Below, one piece after another: positions 38,061 to 50,500 of a stretch of DNA of 64,000 nucleotides. Origin of the DNA: Geosiphon pyriformis uo1 (taxonomy: Eukaryota; Fungi; Glomeromycota). The notes under the pieces were generated by a model, which saw nothing but the letters and a program-made list of their open reading frames with translations, was not told the DNA's origin and did no database searches. The stretch is taken from contig JAAOMT010000602.1 in assembly GCA_016748015.1 (NCBI GenBank), positions 134,608-198,607 of the forward strand, given 5' to 3'. The first letter of the stretch is position 1; each line of letters starts with the position of its first letter. The position numbers and the translations under genes were made by a program.

Positions 38061-40482
38061 AAAATAGTATGAAATAAGATTTCTTTAATTTTACCCAAGA
38101 AAAGAATAATTATTTTTAAAAATATTTCCCATTTTTTATTATTAAAAGATATCAGAAAAAAAACCTGCATTTTTAATTGCAGTCGCGTGTGAGTACAGCA
38201 TGTTTGTTTATGTTGTGTCAACTTATTATTATACAGTTTTTTACATTGTCTCTATTACTCTGTCTGCCTTTCTTAAAAGAGCCCTTTCCAAAAAAAGGTT
38301 CCGAAATTCTTTGAATAAACCCGGAAATAGTTAATTTCTAGAAATTTTATGCTTAGAAATCAGTCAGTCTTTAAATGGATTAAAGAATTATTAGAGATCA
38401 CACAACAATTACGATACGTTACTATATTTTTTAACATTCTCATTTCAAAAATAGCTTAGTTTCTTACTAATATGTAAATCATGAGAAGAATACCATTTTC
38501 TCTATTGTTGCTAATAAGTCATTAATAGATTTTGTACTCTTAATTAATAAGCCTTTTGTTAATTAAATAAATTTAAAACTTTAAAAATTATAAACAAATT
38601 ATGAAAGATAGAAAAGGAAATATTTATATTGGAGTTTTATTGTTGCCGAGCTTTTATTCTTCAGATTAATCAATCAATCAATCAATCAATCCATTAAAAG
38701 ATTAAGTTGCAAGATCTTTCTAATTAATGATTGCCTTACAACAAATTTCTTTTGAGCTCATCATAAATAATGTCAAAACTCAAAGGCTAAACAAATTGGA
38801 TATATGTTTATAGAGGGGGTAGAATCTAACTAAAAATGTAAGCAAATTCTTGAGGAAAACTGTTGGTGAGTTGGGAAAAAATAAAAGTCTAAATTTAATA
38901 TCTTTTTCAAATTAGTGATTTTAAATTCGTTTAAATCTTCAAGTATCAAGATTAGGAAAAACATGGGACCGTAATAAAGATCAAATTTACAGTTGAAGTG
39001 ATAAAAGAAAAATAAGTGAAAGTTAAAATACTCAACATAAATTTCATTAAAAATCAAGGAAAAATGCTTGGCTAAAAACTTGAAAATTCTCGCAAAAAGA
39101 TTGATACCGTTCACCAACTTGATTTGGCCGAAATGAGGATCCCAAGGGCACCACATAAAATTATCTACAAAATTGATTTACTCCCAGAATCAAGAATGAA
39201 CGAACAAAAGTTTATAATTTCACTTTATAAGGGAATGACTTGATATCTTCTCTTGAACTTTACGGAAATATTTTTACTTAAAGGTCATTTAAGTCATGCG
39301 GTATAACACCTCATGGTTCCCTGATTTTTTTTTGGCATAACCATCATTTTTACAAGGGAGCGTCGATCACAAGTTAGGGGAAATAACATGACAAATATGT
39401 GGTGGGTGTTTTGGTATTTCAAATTAAGAAAGTCAGACTTGAGAATTAAGTAGATCTAATTCGTTCCTTGTATTTTCCCGGACTAAGTAAAGTTCAAGAA
39501 TTTCCATTTCGACAATTACTTTTTAAAGCAATACCCGTTGATTTCCCATCGCATGAAATCTGTGCATCAAGCATATCGACGAACACACACCCCCAAAGTT
39601 AAATTCGGATAAAAAAATTGCCAGACTATTAAAAGAGTACCTATTCATGCGTCGAAGTATATGTGCTAATTCGCAAATCTTACGTGCATAAAACTTGAAT
39701 GGTATCAAGGTTTTGAAATTTGTGCAGTCTTGTATTATTTTCTTAAAAGGCAATGGAGAACATAATTTTTAACATGGTCCAAATCCCATGACAAGGATTA
39801 TTGATTTTTTCGTTAGTGGATGTTGCTAAATATAGATCAGGCTTCATCTCTTCGGGACATAAAACAATTTTTTTTTAAAATACACCGTTTGGTGGTTGAT
39901 TGTTGATCTTAGTTTTTCCGCTTTGAAAATTCGACCTTGAACTGACAAATATAATTAAAAAAAAAAAGGAAAAAACAGAATTTTCTGAGTCATTATAATT
40001 TTCAATTAAAAATAAAATTTTAATTGAAAATGAAGAAGAAAAAAGAAACCTTAAAACTTTAAATGAAAAAAAGGTATTGAAAATAGTTTGGAAAAAATAA
40101 TTTTTACTTTTAAAAAGATTAAGATCGAATCAATCAACCCCTAAAAGTACCAATAAACGAACTCAAAATTTTTATTTCCTTCAAATAAGTTTTATCTGTG
40201 TATAATAATAAAAAGTTCTTTGAATTTCCAAAATTATAAAAATTAAATACACAAAACTCTTGGAAAAAGAATTAAAAAGAATTTGATAATCGAAATTGCA
40301 AATTTTTTTTGAAACGCGTTGCTCGATTGCACATTTATGCTATTGAAAATCTCGAATGAACAAAAAAGGAATAGCTGGTATTGAATTTTCTTACTTAAAA
40401 ATACGCCCGTATCCCGGGTATCTAAACAAAGCTTCTGTGAAGTTTTGATTTTAGTTTTTGAAAATCCTTACCCATCTCAAAC

Positions 40483-41490
40483 ATGTCGTTTGATTCCTTC
40501 CTTCAAGATCCTTTAATTCGTGAATATCTTAATACAATAAACTCTGAAGAGGATCCAGAAGAATTTCTTCATACCATGAAATTATTGTTAAATCCTCCAT
40601 ATGCCTTAACTCTACCATTCAAACAATTAATAAAGCCATCATCAAACCCTCGACGACTGAATCCACCACCAAGGCCAGCCAATCCATTCTTGATCTTTCG
40701 CAGGAATTTCATGGCCAAAATAAAATCTTCGATGAGCCCCACAGATATTCTACCACCCATTGGAAGGATTTCTCAACTTGCTTCAGAAAGTTGGAAACAG
40801 CAACCGCTTGACGTGATTGATTACTTTTATAGTTTGGCAAACCTAGCAAAAAAGGAACACTTGAGACTTTACCCAGATTATATATTTAATCCTAAAATAC
40901 GCCGCGGTCCACCACCAATGCGAACGTATAAATACGCTATAAAGGATACTTATATCGATTCAATAGAAAATTCTCAATTAAAATCAAATAGTACAGTTCA
41001 AAATACTGTAAATGAGAAAGTACCAGATCTCATTCTTGAATCTCAAAAAAAAACTTCCCATATGGATTCTATATTAGATGAAGAAGAAACAAACAATCCC
41101 AATCTTCACATTCACACTCACACTCACACTCCTTACCCTCATTTCACCAATTCACCAACTCACCAAACGTGTAATGTTGAAAGGGAAATTTTTAATGAAA
41201 ATTTGACAGAAAAATCGGTTTCAGAAACTTATGACTCTTTCAATACCGATGGCTTTCAAATGGCTTTCGATTCTGGTGAAATTGATCAGAGAGTAGAAAA
41301 GTCCTCGATCTTGAGTAATAATGTTGATGAAATTGATTTTAATACTCCAGAGTTTGATCATTCACTAAAAAACCCCTTTATTCCTATAAAGAATGATCAA
41401 AATCAAAATCAGAATTTAGAAGAAAATACCCTTGGGTCCCTATACATTTTCTCCCAATTAGAATACGCTCTATATTACATTTCTCAATAA
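40483..41490 (+). CDS. MATA-type HMG-box transcription factor, 335 aa
   Basis: PPRPANPFLIFRR..ISQLASESWKQQP..YFYSLANLAKKEHLRLYPDYIFNPK. This family is greatly expanded in AM fungi. Confidence 0.92.
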   Translation: MSFDSFLQDPLIREYLNTINSEEDPEEFLHTMKLLLNPPYALTLPFKQLIKPSSNPRRLNPPPRPANPFLIFRRNFMAKIKSSMSPTDILPPIGRISQLASESWKQQPLDVIDYFYSLANLAKKEHLRLYPDYIFNPKIRRGPPPMRTYKYAIKDTYIDSIENSQLKSNSTVQNTVNEKVPDLILESQKKTSHMDSILDEEETNNPNLHIHTHTHTPYPHFTNSPTHQTCNVEREIFNENLTEKSVSETYDSFNTDGFQMAFDSGEIDQRVEKSSILSNNVDEIDFNTPEFDHSLKNPFIPIKNDQNQNQNLEENTLGSLYIFSQLEYALYYISQ

Positions 41491-44420
41491 GGATTTCTAA
41501 TATGTCATGTTGATCTAACTATATATATGCGTTGAATTACTTTTTTTACTCTTTTTATGTTAATTAAGCATTAAGTCAAAAATATTCTTGGTTAATTTTT
41601 ATGAAATTTTTTTTTAAGCTCAAAATATTCTAAAACATGATCACTTTGTTAAGAACACTTTATTTCAAAAGAAATCTTTTCGTATCAAGTCTTTGTTTTT
41701 TTCTACCTTTTAATTATGCCTCTAGTCTTTTCATTTTTTAATATATTCTTTCTTAATTAGGCCCAGAAATAAAATATTTTTTCTCATGCATTTTTATTTG
41801 AGCTGTACAAGTTTAACGACAAATTTATTGGATAAAGTATCAAGACTGGTTCATAAGGAATGGGCAATAAAGTCATACGATTTCTTGTATTCCATAAGCG
41901 GAAAAACTCTCGATCCATACATCAAGTGGTTTAATTTTAAAATTTTCAAGTAAAAAATCATAATATAAAGGAAGAAAAAGGTTTCTATTTTAAAACATGA
42001 AATTCGATGGTTTTATTCTTGCCAAAATTTTTAATATGCATTATTGCTTAAAAAAGCTTGAAAGAACTTTTTGAAGGAGTCTAAGCAGCCGACAAACTTG
42101 TGGAATTTCTGAACTCACGAAACTTTTTCTAGAAAATCAAGCTATTTTACTTTCAGGATTTTTAAGGTCATCGAAATCCCAAAAAGAATTATTTAGCAAT
42201 TAAGGCCATTTCTAATACGCAAACAACTTTGTTGTTCTTTTGTGTAAAATGATTTTCTTCCCATTTGGTAAAATTAGTTTCAAAAGTACTGAAATGTTGT
42301 ATAGGTCGTAAAACCTTAATCTAACATAAATTAAACAAGCATGATCGATATGCTTTTCAATAAAGATAAAAAGGATAGAATAATTTCTTAACTCATTTTG
42401 GCTCTAAATTTCATTTTCTCACCTGCTCAAGTTGCTCAGATTGTTAGAAATTATGCTCCTGAAGTTTTTTGAAATGTGAATATTAAAAAGTTATATCACC
42501 TGAAATTATGACTGTCAAGTCAATATGATTTAAAATATTACTTTTCAAAAAGTATTTTTATGAATAATGTCATTTTTAATTTTTAAAAAAAAAATTAACA
42601 TCATTTTTGGGGGATAAAACTTTTGAATGATTGCATATCATATATTTTATATAACATTGTTTTAGTTTCAAATATCATTTAAAATATTTTGTTAAATTTT
42701 AAACATATTTAGATCAAAAATTATCTCCATCTTTGAATGGGTAAAATTTTTTATAATTGATATATCAATTACATCTTTATGGTGTGTCTAATAATTAAAC
42801 CCTCAATTATATTTGGGAATTTTTGATGGAACAAACTTTTCTCTATATGACTTTTATTTCTTTTTGTTTTTTGTTAATTAATAAATTTATCTTTATTTTT
42901 GCGAAATAAAATAAAATTATGTTTTATCCAGTTAAAAAATTAAAGTTTTACTTGAGAGAATAATGTGTAGTGTCACAATTAATTAGCCGATTTCACAGCA
43001 TTTTTATTCATCCTCCCAATTGGGAAACGTTTAAATAAATTTTAAACGGTTAGATTTTTGTGAAAATTTTTCTGGTGCAGGTCAAAACTTGAATTTATTC
43101 ATTTGAAAAAGAATTGTATACACGACTTTCATAAACAATTATCATTGACTGGTTACAAACTTGAAAAACTGTTATATTGATTTCCATTCATTATTGCTGA
43201 ACCGGATATGTCAGGTTTCTAAATCAGTTGTCGTTAATCTCTTCGGCTTTGGAAAACCTTGAACGCAACCAGTATTAAATTCAGCAAAATTTCTCCACTG
43301 TTTCTCATTACCTTTTATTGTCTTTTTTTCAGATAATATTTTTGCTTTGATAATCTTATTTCTTGAAAAAATGTTCATATGTATGGGTTAAAAATCAACC
43401 GGCTAAAACTTTAAATTTACGGAATAATAATTCATATAATATTTATTATATATTTCTATTTTTTAAAGTTAATTCCTTTCTTTCATATATAAAAAACCCA
43501 TGATTAAAAAGGTTTTCTGCTAAACATTTTAAATTGATTGAAATAACTCTTTATTCTATTTGCCATATGATGATTATAAAACTAGGCTTAATAGTTATAT
43601 TGGAACTTAAAAATAAATTTTTAAGAGTACAAATATTATTCCCCAAAATTGAACCAGATTTTTCGAGTTTCAACAATAAAAATTCTGGAATTATTGGGGT
43701 TCCCTTTTGAAAATTACATAAAAGGATATTCCTCCGTGATAGCCGAACTCTCTTGATCTTAAAAGTTCAATGTTTGTACATCACCAAAAATAATGTTCAA
43801 CACACATTACACACGGATATATCAATTATAAGCCTCAGTTTATTTCTTGTTCAAACATCCCTTTTTAGAATTGGACTTGGAAAACTGGTTTATTCCATTA
43901 CAATTGTAAAAAAATCAATCATGACTTTCAGCCAATTAGACAAACTTTTCAAAATCTTTGCAAAAAACCTTTTTTTTTGGGGGGGGAGGAGGTTTATCTA
44001 TAATAGAGTTTTTGCTCGAGAATTCCAAATGTCTAAGGTAAGAGATCAAAGGGAATATTCTCTTCTTGTCATATTCAGCGTGAAATAAAGAGCTCTCTTT
44101 TGAAACTTTGCCTGAAAAAACTATAACAACTAAACAACTAAATTTTCATTTGAAAATTATGCCGCTTTCAAGCATAATTGACCTACGCTTTCTTTGTTTT
44201 AATTACAAAGGGCTTTAGTGTGTAAGGAATTCTTATCGAAATAAATCTATCGTGGATTATTTGCCTCTTATCCCTTCGTTTAGGACTTTAAATGTCTGAA
44301 ATAAATAGATGTTGCTTGAAATCAAAAAATTAAACATTCCTTAGTAGTATGATGCTTTATTTAGAAAGGTTAGACAAGGATAAAGAGGAATGATTATCAA
44401 TTGCCTTCATTATTGTGGTA

Positions 44421-46394
44421 TTACAGATTTTCGACTATGTTTGGCTGATTATCATAGACCATCGATAATTCTAACTCATCTTGAGGTTTTTGATGTTTAC
44501 GCTTTTCTTTTCGATTTTGGTCGAAATCTTGTGTCGTCTCAAACTTCCATTCTTCGTAATCTTTCTTCTCTGGCAAGAGTTGTAACATTAATATCTCGAC
44601 GATTAGAGTAGCTAATGACTAAATTCAACGGATTTTGGAAAAATTTGGAGTCAATACACATGTCTTCGTTTTTTACGTTTTATTCTGTTCAAAATACTTA
44701 CAAATAACGCGAAGCCTGCCACAATATTTTGAAGAAGTGTGATAAAATCAAAAACGCCGATCGAACCATATTGTTGGAATACCAAACGAATGCTACCACA
44801 AAGATTACATAAGAAATTGTATTAAATGAAACCAGAAATGAGCAAAGGACAAACACCTACCCGTGTCTTTCTTTTAAAATATAAGATTTATCACCACCAT
44901 ATATACTTTCAACCGTTTTATACTCATTGCCATCAATCATTTGGGGATAATAAGTGTAGGTAATAACATTATCCTGAATGGATTATTGGGACTCGTAAAA
45001 ATCAAAACAAACCATTTATAAAATTCATAATAAACCTTTATATTTCAATAAGATTACCTTGAACGGAACGTTTATATACTCGATTACAACGACAATAACC
45101 AGACCAGATGATCGATAAGTTTCTCTGGAATCAGCACCAGGGGCCGATGAAATAGCTAAAGTGATAAATTTCACAAAAAAATTTCAACTTTCAAGTCGGT
45201 TTCGGTTGCGGAAATTATTTTTAAGGCTCGTATTACCATCCAAATCAGCCCCAGCTGCATCTAATATCTGCCGAATAGTAAGAATATCTCCATCTGCTTT
45301 AGGATTATCGGCTGTCTAATATCAAAGAAAACTCTTTTCTCAGTGAAATTTTTGATTTATTTAATTTTGGAATTTTGGGAATCATGGCCAACACTAACCC
45401 GAGTCGCGTTTGTCCAAGATTTGAGAACTTTGCCTTTATGGTTTACCAGCTTACCATCCATCAAGCCGTTACGTAATCCAATAGAGGTTGCTTTTCCTCG
45501 GATTGAATGCTCAATCATAATCTAAAAATCAAGGAATAAAGTTTTAAATCAATATTTTTTGCAAACATCCGTTATATATACAGCCAAAAAATTTTAAAGT
45601 TACTGTGTAATCTTCAATATGGCCGATATAAGATTTATTGACAATTAATTCGTAAGGCGTGGACTTCGGATCAAAAAAACATGATTGATTATTCGGTTGG
45701 CTCGCTGTCAGAAAGTTACAGTCATTTGGGGGGTATTTTTTCACAACTGCTCTTGTGGTAAAAAATGCTACGCCTGGGCCATCATTCGGATAGTAAACTG
45801 TAAAAGTTATAGCATGAATACCATGATAAGTTCTCATTATTTCATAGTAAAGTCCTGGTAAGAACTAAGAGAATGGAAAAATCCCTACTCTCGTTTGCTC
45901 CCCAATAAACACAAGATATATCCGAATTACAATATTCTGGATTTGTAAAATTATCCAGAGCTTTTTCGAAATCCGGAGCTTTTAATGATAGTCTTACGGC
46001 ACCTGGTACAGGAGGTTCCTAAAGAATTGAATTTGTAACCTTTTCAAGAAAATCATCGTGCGAGACACGAAGATAAAACTTTTACCTACTTTTTTTAGGT
46101 ATCCTAGATTTTTGATGATTGAATAAATTATATAGGCAAATATTCCTATTTGAAACGTGCGATATATAACCCCTAGACGTTTGCTATGTAATAGGAGTAA
46201 AAAAGGTTAAATTTTTCATCATACCCCAAGGAAAAAAACAGAAACCACTCACTCTTGAACCTTGACAATTTTGAAGGTTTCGTAGCTAGAAATATTCAAT
46301 AAGAAACGAAGCACATCAGTCACAACCCTTTGGTAATTTTTTTGACAGATGAATACCTAAAAAAACCGTCTATCAATCCTTTAATATCTGGCAT
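44421..46394 (-). CDS. P2X purinoceptor (ATP-gated cation channel) homologue, ~400 aa, 11 exons
   Basis: Hand-spliced: MPDIKGLIDGFFSYETFKIVKVQDKRLGVIYRTFQIGIFAYIIYSII (YxTxK + TM1), GAVRLSLKAP, IEDYTIMIEHSI, GDILTIRQILDAAG, YRSSGLVIVVVIEY, RHGIRLVFQQYGSIGVFDFITLLQNIVAGFALFSLATLIVE (TM2), YEEWKF (YxxxK). All introns are GT..AG. Confidence 0.9.
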
Positions 46395-46849
46395 CTTTTA
46401 GAATTCTATCAATTTGGGCAATGAAGAGAATATTTATTCAATGATTAATACGTCATGTGTTTTGTTTACGTTGATGTTTGGTTTTTACTTATCACGGTAG
46501 TGGCCGAGAAAAGTTTGAAATCAGTCCTTTAATCCCTGATAGAAAACATAGCCCCTGTTAATCATTTTAATTTACTTGGGGAAAACAGTAAAATCAAATG
46601 GTAATCAGCTTTATTTTTTTAAAATGGGTTTGATAAAAGAAATCCTATACTAATCGATGAGCATATGAGCTTCGCAGCTTTTGAACATTGAGTTGTGAAA
46701 TTAAAACCTGATATTTTTGCTCATACTTGCAAATTGGTGGGGTCATGTTTAGGCAAACAAAAATGAATTGAATGTTTATCGTGTATAGAATCACATGGCT
46801 GAATTTTTGGGCGGTGAAGATTACGGCTTCCAGCTTTTGTGGCTTGGAT

Positions 46850-47545
46850 GCAATTTTTCCAATATAATTGGCTGACTTGTCATTGTTACTTTAAGTATCC
46901 GAATTAAGTCTGCTATAACAAAGAGCTATATCACTGTGTTCTTGAATACATGTACTTTGTTGAAAAGGAATATTTGTTTTGGGTAAAAATACCATAGCCA
47001 CGCAAAATACTTAAGAATTTTTTGATGTTTTTAATCACAAAAAATCATTAAAAATAGACTCCACCTGAGATTCGGGAACCAAAGTCCAGCTAAGGAACCA
47101 GATTTCCCATAAATAATTCCTCGGCAAATCACAATTCCATTGAAATTGGAAGATGAAATGACCTTTTGTTCAATGGGGACTCTCCATGATAGAAAAGGTG
47201 GTATATTGTTTAGTGGAGTATTCTCCGTCACAATTTCTGAAATATTGTCTCCATGAATCTGTATTTTAGGGAAGCGAAGATGAAAATAAGCTTTTAGGAA
47301 AAAAGAGTTTTTGTGATAAAGAGTTAATTTCAAATATGAAATATTGAGTTATTACCCAAAGGCCGGAAGTATAAATATAAGTCAACTTTTGTTGATTATT
47401 GACTGCACGTCTTTTTGAAAAGGTTTCAATTGTAGCGATAATATGTTCGGTATCTACAGTTCCGTTTTCATAGTTCACCGTAGTGTCAATTACTACGTCA
47501 ACCTTTTCAGCGATTGCGGACCGGCGAAAACTTCGTATCCCATGT
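46850..47545 (-). pseudogene. NAD-dependent epimerase/dehydratase-like (atypical SDR) pseudogene
   Basis: GYEVFA fragment, then AEKVDVVID, YIYTSGLW|IHGD..VTENTPL..WRVPIEQKV..IIYGKSGS. The N-terminal GxxGxxG is absent and the 3' part is decayed. Confidence 0.65.
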
Positions 47546-47559
47546 TTGAAAAAAAAACT

Positions 47560-50500
47560 TTAATATATATTATTTATTTCATTGCCAAATTATTTAGCAA
47601 AATAAATGAATAATTTGCTTCAATTAAATTATCTGCTGGATTTTTCGAAAAATTTCTTCAATTTGTATATTTTATTAACTTGTTTTATTCGAAAAAACTT
47701 TCTTATTTTTTAATATTATAGCTGAAAATTTTTGTTAATGTAATTTTTAGGTTTAATAGACTTGATTTTTTGCTTCTTTTAAAAGCCAAATTTTAAAATT
47801 AATTGACTCTTTTAATTCTTTTAAGATATGTAAAACTTTGTCTTGTTTAAATATCAATATATTATAAATTAGTTTTATATTTCTTAATAAAATGACTATC
47901 AAAATCAAAAAATTTTTCTTAAAATTTATTGATTTAGGAAAAATAATATCAATTGATAATAGGTTTGAACGTATTAAATTATTTTTCAATACTTTTTTAA
48001 AGTTTTAAAATCTTTTGCTTAAATAGTTAATAAAAAATAAATAACAAATTAACAACTAAGTCAATTATTTAATCAATAATCATATTAATATTTAAGTTAA
48101 TTCTAAAAATAAGAATAAATAAATATTTAACATTAATAATTATTATAATAATAAATTTTATTCTTTAAACATTTTATGTTGTAATAATTTTATTAAATTA
48201 TCTGTACAATTAATTTGTTTTTTATATAAAACTCTTTTTTGACACTTTTATCAAATTATTGTATTAAATTTTGTAAATGTAATCTTTTGAATTGTTTAAA
48301 TAAATTATTGTTATCAAATCTTAAAAATTAAAAATTAATACTTTATTAATATTAAATTTAAATACATAAACAAATTTATTTTTATAAATAATTCTAACTA
48401 TCCAAAATTTTGATCATTTCTCCTTAATTTTAGCATCACATCCTTTAAAATTTTAAAAAGCTTTAATTTTGCTGTTTAAAAAACTATATTCTATGACAAT
48501 TTATGTAATATATCTTTGCTTTTCCAGTTTTATACTTATTTTTTTTATTACTACCAATAAACCTTAAAATTCAATTATTTTTAATAGTCTACTATTATTT
48601 TTTTAAAAGAATTAATATAAAAAAATTTGTAACAACTCCGATTAGTCATTATGATATAATATTAATTATAATATTTTTTTGGTTAAAATAATATCACATA
48701 GATAATAATACGTTATAAATTACAATATATATTGTAATTATTCAAATTTTGTCACGTAACTTCTAATTTTTTACTTCAAAACAGTTTTCAAGACTTTAAA
48801 AAAACGCGTGTTTTATGAAAATAAATATAGAACTATGTATACAAGGTATAAATTATATTTTTTAATATTATAATTAATAGTATGAATAATTTTTATATTA
48901 AACTGGTTCATATATTATATTAAATCAAATATTTGATATAAATTAGCACAAGAAGAAATAATTAAGTTGCCTTTAGAAGAAGATATGTATAAAAATAATA
49001 CAAGTTTATATGTTAAAATTATTCTTATTCTAATTTTTAATTTAAAAAATTTGTAAAATTGCCTTATCAAGTACTTTAAACATAATATAAATGAAAATAT
49101 GACCAAATCAAGTAATTAAAGTTCTATAAATTATTGTAATTTTGGTTATATTTACTTTAAGTTTCTTATTTTTCTTTTATTTAGTTATAAATAAAGATAT
49201 AATTGAATTAAATAATCAAAACTTTATAAATGAAGATAAAATTATTAAAAATAACTTATTAATAATTGGATTGCTTATTAAAAAAGTAAAAAATACCAAA
49301 ATAGATTATTATATTAAAGAAGTCAGACATTAAATATTACCAACTGCTACTATTTGAATTTTTGTTTATTATACAAAAAACTTAACTATTAAAATTTTTA
49401 AATTTACTAAAACTTTTAGATTTAATAATTAAATTACAGTATTAACTTATAAACTAATAAGATATATATTTACTAATATTATTATTCTTTGTATTGTAAC
49501 ATTAATAAATATTTGATTTGCTTAAACTTGTTTTTTTTATGGTATTATTAACGTAATCATTATTTGTACTAAAATATTAAATGTTTTTTTGTATTAGTTT
49601 ATAAAATTTTTTAATTATAGTATCATTTTAGTATCATTTTAGTATAATTATTATTTTTAATAGCAAGTTGAGTTGTTTGTTATATAAATATTTATATCTT
49701 ATTATATTTAAGTTTTTTTTGTGCTGTATAATAGTTATTTAATAGAAGTATTTTATTTAAATAATTTTTTATAATTTTTTAATTCATAAAATGATAAGAC
49801 TTGCTAATAATATTATTGTTTTTTTGTTTATTAATATACCATCATAAGAGTATTATTTAAATATAAAATTTTGTGACTTTTGAATATGTTATTACTTAAA
49901 AATAGTGATAACAAATGATATATTAAACATAAATAAAATTGAATCAATTATTATTATAAAATATAAATTTTTGCTATTATCAAACCAAATATCAATAATT
50001 TTTTATACTTCTTAAATGTTTTATTTATTAATTTTAGTGATCATTAATTTTAACATAATTTGTTTAGTATTATATAAATTTTTAATAAATTTGTTTGTTA
50101 TATGAAAACTAATTATTAGAAATAATTTTAAACATACTTAATTTATTTCATTATAAATATTAATAGTATTTAATTGTATTTGATTTATAATAAAGTATAA
50201 ACTTATGCTATTTTAGTATATTTAACAAATAAAATATAAAATATAAAATTCTAATCATTTGTTTGTTAATATTAGGAAAAAATCATAACTAATTAATATA
50301 ATTTTTTTTTACAAAATAATAGAGTATAATACTTAAAAACAATTCTATTTTGCTTTAGCTTGAAGTTTTAAATCTAATATATTAATAAAATTATACAAAG
50401 TATTATTTATTGTAAATATATATTTGATAATATTATTAAAACTTTTAATATAAGTAGTAATTTAAATGTCTGCAATAAATATTTTTGATATAAAAACATA

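Noticed and set aside
40483-41490. HMG-box gene as a mating-type locus
   Set aside because: MATA-HMG genes are highly multicopy in AM fungi, and no homeodomain pair or sex-locus flanking genes are present here.
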